Both the position numbers and the translations under genes were made by a program. Below, one piece after another: positions 62,001 to 64,000 of a DNA stretch of 64,000 bases. Location of the stretch: positions 26,728,437-26,792,436 of the forward strand of contig NC_092672.1 of the NCBI RefSeq assembly GCF_964355755.1, given 5' to 3'. Within the stretch, counting starts at the first letter, position 1. The number at the start of each line of letters is the position of its first letter. Below the pieces are notes generated by a model that saw only the letters and a program-made list of their open reading frames with translations, searched no databases and had not been told where the DNA came from. Origin of the DNA: Antedon mediterranea (lineage: Eukaryota; Animalia; Echinodermata).

Positions 62001-63538
62001 GTTGTCTGTTTTAATGTATTAATGTCAATTATTGAATTATAATTCAATTTTTATAATATTCTATTTCCATTGATTTGAGGGCATCCAGTAATTTAAGATT
62101 TTAAATAAAATATAAAGAAATACAATAACAAAATGCGTCAGTGATAGATAACAAAAGTTGTTATATTTAAAGGATATTTATCTCTAAGTCTGTTACTTTT
62201 GACCAGCATGTCTTCCATCTGTAAGCCAGCAAGCAAAAAACGCACTCCTTGAATCCAAATACACGCCTCCTGAATTGTATTGGCTACTAAATCAACTGTT
62301 TCTAATCCGTTGCCATAAATGATCGAAAAACAGCACGCCGAGTTAACATTCTCATTCACAAGGCTACGCTTGAACGAATCCGTGTTCTGTCCTTCGCGCA
62401 CCTCTTTGATGGAATCCACAGCGACTAAAAATAGTATAAAAAAGTAAATGCAATTAGTGATATTTCATTTCAAAAAGGATGCAATAGCGACATTACTCTA
62501 TAGTGTTTTTTGTGAGAGGTATTATGATCGTTAGAAAATCAAACTAATGACTCCCAACTGTTCATGCTTCTAAGTATAGAGATATCTCAAAGCTAAAATT
62601 GGTTTAGCTTAACCACAAACACAACAAATCCAAAGGAATGCATGCTATCCTCACTGAGGACAAATAATAATACAAAATACAAAATAAATACAAATACAAA
62701 TATAAATGTATTTTCAAATACAGTAGAACGTTTTAACACATAGTTATGGGACACTTTGTTTCGTCCAAAAAGTGTTCCCTTAATAGGGGTTAGTCATTAA
62801 TGATAATATTCTGTTTGAACATGCTGACTAATAACTATATTACCAATCAGTTTAAATGCCTCAGGCATTTAATATCAACATAATATATTTCCTCTATACT
62901 TATACTAATAGCTTTAACTTCACTATCTTATTAAAATATTCGGCTAAATTTCTGTTTCATAATAAACTATAAAAACGTATATGAAATGTATGCTACTGTA
63001 CACATACCTTCTTGTAGTGTAGTACCATTAAAAATACAGTAACGCCATTATTATTATTATTAAGTGAGTGTCCTGAATGGTGTTGTAGTAGTGTGTTAAA
63101 CTCAGTACCCGTTGTTTGCGTGTACCCTTAATAGGATGGTTCTACCATAATGTCAAATGGAAAACGGATGTCGTATTCGATTGGAAACTTTCGTTGTCAA
63201 CGTAAAGATTCGTTGAGTACTTTTTGTATTCCAATTGTAAATTTGTGCTCAACAGAAAGTCATTCGAATAGAAAACGTTGACAATGAAAGCTTTTTCGTT
63301 AAGAACAATTGCAACGTTTAAAATACTCGTTAAAGAAGTACTCAACAGAAAAACTATTCAACGGTACACTCGAATACGACAATTGACTTACTTTTGGCTT
63401 TTGTGCCTTTGCGGGTAGGCTTCCATCGTATGCAACTGTTTTGTTCGTCTAAATAGTATGTTCGGTTTGATTTTGTTCCTTGTGCTTTGATCTTGGTAAG
63501 TGTTGTTCCTTCCTTCATACAGTAAATACACACTGACA
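35016..63538 (-). CDS. PLCH: Phosphoinositide phospholipase C eta-like (PH, EF hands, X, Y, C2, long tail); 5' end outside window, >2900 aa
   Basis: Exons: 63538-63392, 62424-62178 (PH), 61581-61452, 59703-59430 (EF hands, [13 protein letters not shown]), 59205-59002, 57969-57763, 57407-57325 (X box: ASHNTYL, GCRCVELDCWDG, YHGYTLT, LSIENHC), 57204-57112 ([11 protein letters not shown], eta-like), 51141-51025, 50489-50385, 50252-50057, 49760-49581, 49311-49204 (Y box: [25 protein letters not shown]), 46637-46507, 45032-44948, 44480-44254 (C2: [38 protein letters not shown]), 41891-41654, 41035-35016. All phases are consistent. Confidence 0.93.
41410..41420 (-). other. Candidate 11-nt microexon (GATCATCTGAG) of PLC-eta
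   Basis: Minus strand reads ttccttattttttttctcacaattctgcttccattatcag|GATCATCTGAG|gtatat. Confidence 0.5.
42050..42346 (+). mobile_element. RTE-clade LINE 3' remnant
   Basis: Translates [16 protein letters not shown]...[23 protein letters not shown], followed by a (GAA)n tail. Confidence 0.7.
43665..43703 (-). other. Candidate 39-nt in-frame cassette exon of PLC-eta ([13 protein letters not shown])
   Basis: cttacttctcttgcttggttatctatctag|CTC...AAT AAG|gtaatt, phase 0-0 within a phase-0 intron. Confidence 0.4.
45495..46450 (-). mobile_element. Interspersed non-autonomous repeat, family X copy 2 (more complete, with terminal long hairpin)
   Basis: Reverse complement of 9391-10245. The palindromic end ~46255-46450 is centred on GAATATATATTTCCCTCAGCTGGCGCTTCGGGAAATATATATTC. 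Confidence 0.8.
52135..52540 (-). mobile_element. LINE 3' end (CR1/L2/jockey-group C-terminus, 3' stem-loop, A-rich tail)
   Basis: [16 protein letters not shown]...TRTRSK..LHVP...[11 protein letters not shown], then AACCTGTTAGTGGCGGTTTCATCGCTGTTGGTT and AATAAAATAAAAAA. Confidence 0.65.
52621..54113. mobile_element. Non-autonomous Helentron/DINE-1-like element
   Basis: AACTAGA + hairpin AATTCGTCA-CTA-TGACGAATT (52631-51) + sub-TIR AGGTTATATGCAT (52654-66), (AATA)n at ~54025-54062, and terminal palindrome AGGTTATATGCAT-GATA-ATGCATATAACCT (54082-54111). Confidence 0.8.
54913..55628. mobile_element. Non-autonomous Helentron/DINE-1-like element, opposite orientation
   Basis: Palindrome AGTCGC-GTGGAA-GCGACT (54916-33), (GTCG)n, sub-TIR CACGCGACT (55597-605), hairpin GCCAT-CTAT-ATGGC, end CTTGTT, in a T-rich site. 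A terminal fragment of the same family is at ~19312-19360. Confidence 0.82.
56062..57050. repeat. Satellite: ~29-34 bp monomers (TATTGGTGACAATCTATGTACAATGATAG) with a 223-bp higher-order repeat
   Basis: Near-identical blocks offset by 223 bp (ORFs ending 56253 and 56476). Monomers diverge towards 57050. Confidence 0.9.
57561..57719. mobile_element. Harbinger-like MITE, same family as 18082-18245
   Basis: AGCTCTGTATAAACTATCAAACT ... AGTTTGATAGTGTAGACAGAGCT with the same core. Confidence 0.8.
59931..61370. repeat. Local direct duplication (~59931-60210 and ~60726-60971 + 61314-61368)
   Basis: Shared CAGTACAAGCCCTCATCAGCAATAGTTCAATTGTAATCAAAGGTCACA..AAGCTAACAACAATCAAGAAATCAAGTAAGT. The second copy is split by a SINE. 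Confidence 0.85.
60972..61313 (+). mobile_element. tRNA-derived SINE with Deu-like core
   Basis: Decayed tRNA head, TCTTCTCGGATAAGGACTATAAACCATAGGTCC, GAGTAGGGGGTTACACTGGT and an A-rich end. It is absent from the duplicated copy at ~60155. Confidence 0.7.
61582..62177 (-). other. U12-type (minor spliceosome) AT-AC intron in PLC-eta
   Basis: Donor ATATCCTTT (62177-62169), branch site GACCTTAAC (61600-61592), acceptor ...TTTAC. Splicing gives in-frame RLRDN-WLRTTFE. Confidence 0.93.
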
Positions 63539-63639
63539 CTGTATGACAACAAAATTAAATGTTATTTAAGTGTTTAAATGAAGATGTACCCGAATACCTT
63601 AAATCATAGTTTAAATTTTCTAATGAAAATCATGATCAT

Positions 63640-63947
63640 TTTACAAGAAATAGTTGATAATCACTTTCCCTGGAAAAATGTAGAACAGAGTACTAAAAAC
63701 ATTCATTTAAATGGAAAGGTGTTGATCTTTTTAACACATTAAGTGAAGAAACTAAATTGTCAAGTAATTTAAATGTTTTCAAAAGTAACTTTAAGGCATT
63801 ACTGTAGTTTAAGTTTTATTGTGTTACTGTTATTTTTATATTTTAGTTTAAAATGTACTATTGTACCCAGGGCCCCAAGGGAGAACAGTCTTTTTGACTG
63901 ATTGGGCCACCCTGGTTAAATATTGTTAATAAATAAATAAATAAATA
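63640..63947 (+). mobile_element. CR1/L2-group LINE 3' end
   Basis: C-terminus-like FKWKGVDLFNTLSEETKLSSNLNVFKSNFK, stem-loop CCAGGGCCCCAA...TTGGGCCACCCTGG and an (AATA)n tail. Confidence 0.65.
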
Positions 63948-64000
63948 CATGATTTTCAAGTAAACAAGTGAGGCAAGTATTTTGACTCAATATTTAATTT

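Overview
AT-rich, intron-rich animal genomic DNA, not prokaryotic. The SINE types and gene content suggest a marine invertebrate, possibly a deuterostome; this is inference only. I assembled three genes by hand from splice sites and reading phase. (1) DNAJC11 is complete on the + strand (15 exons, 2479-15065). (2) A complete ~808-aa adhesion GPCR lies on the - strand (19 exons, 32812-15507), with a signal peptide, two QPD-type C-type lectin domains, GAIN/GPS, 7TM and a very short tail. The ORF track barely shows it. (3) A phospholipase C eta (PLCH-like) gene lies on the - strand, 5'-incomplete (63538-35016). It has a U12 AT-AC intron, a ~6 kb terminal exon encoding a ~2000-aa disordered tail, and a candidate 11-nt microexon that would switch that tail off. 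Introns are full of mobile DNA: a MULE-like MITE with a 9-bp TSD, a foldback-like element nested in a SINE, a Helitron cleanly splitting a LINE RT frame, three Helentron/DINE-like elements, Harbinger-like MITEs, tRNA-derived SINEs, LINE remnants and a satellite with a 223-bp higher-order repeat. Exon structures are manual predictions without transcript evidence.
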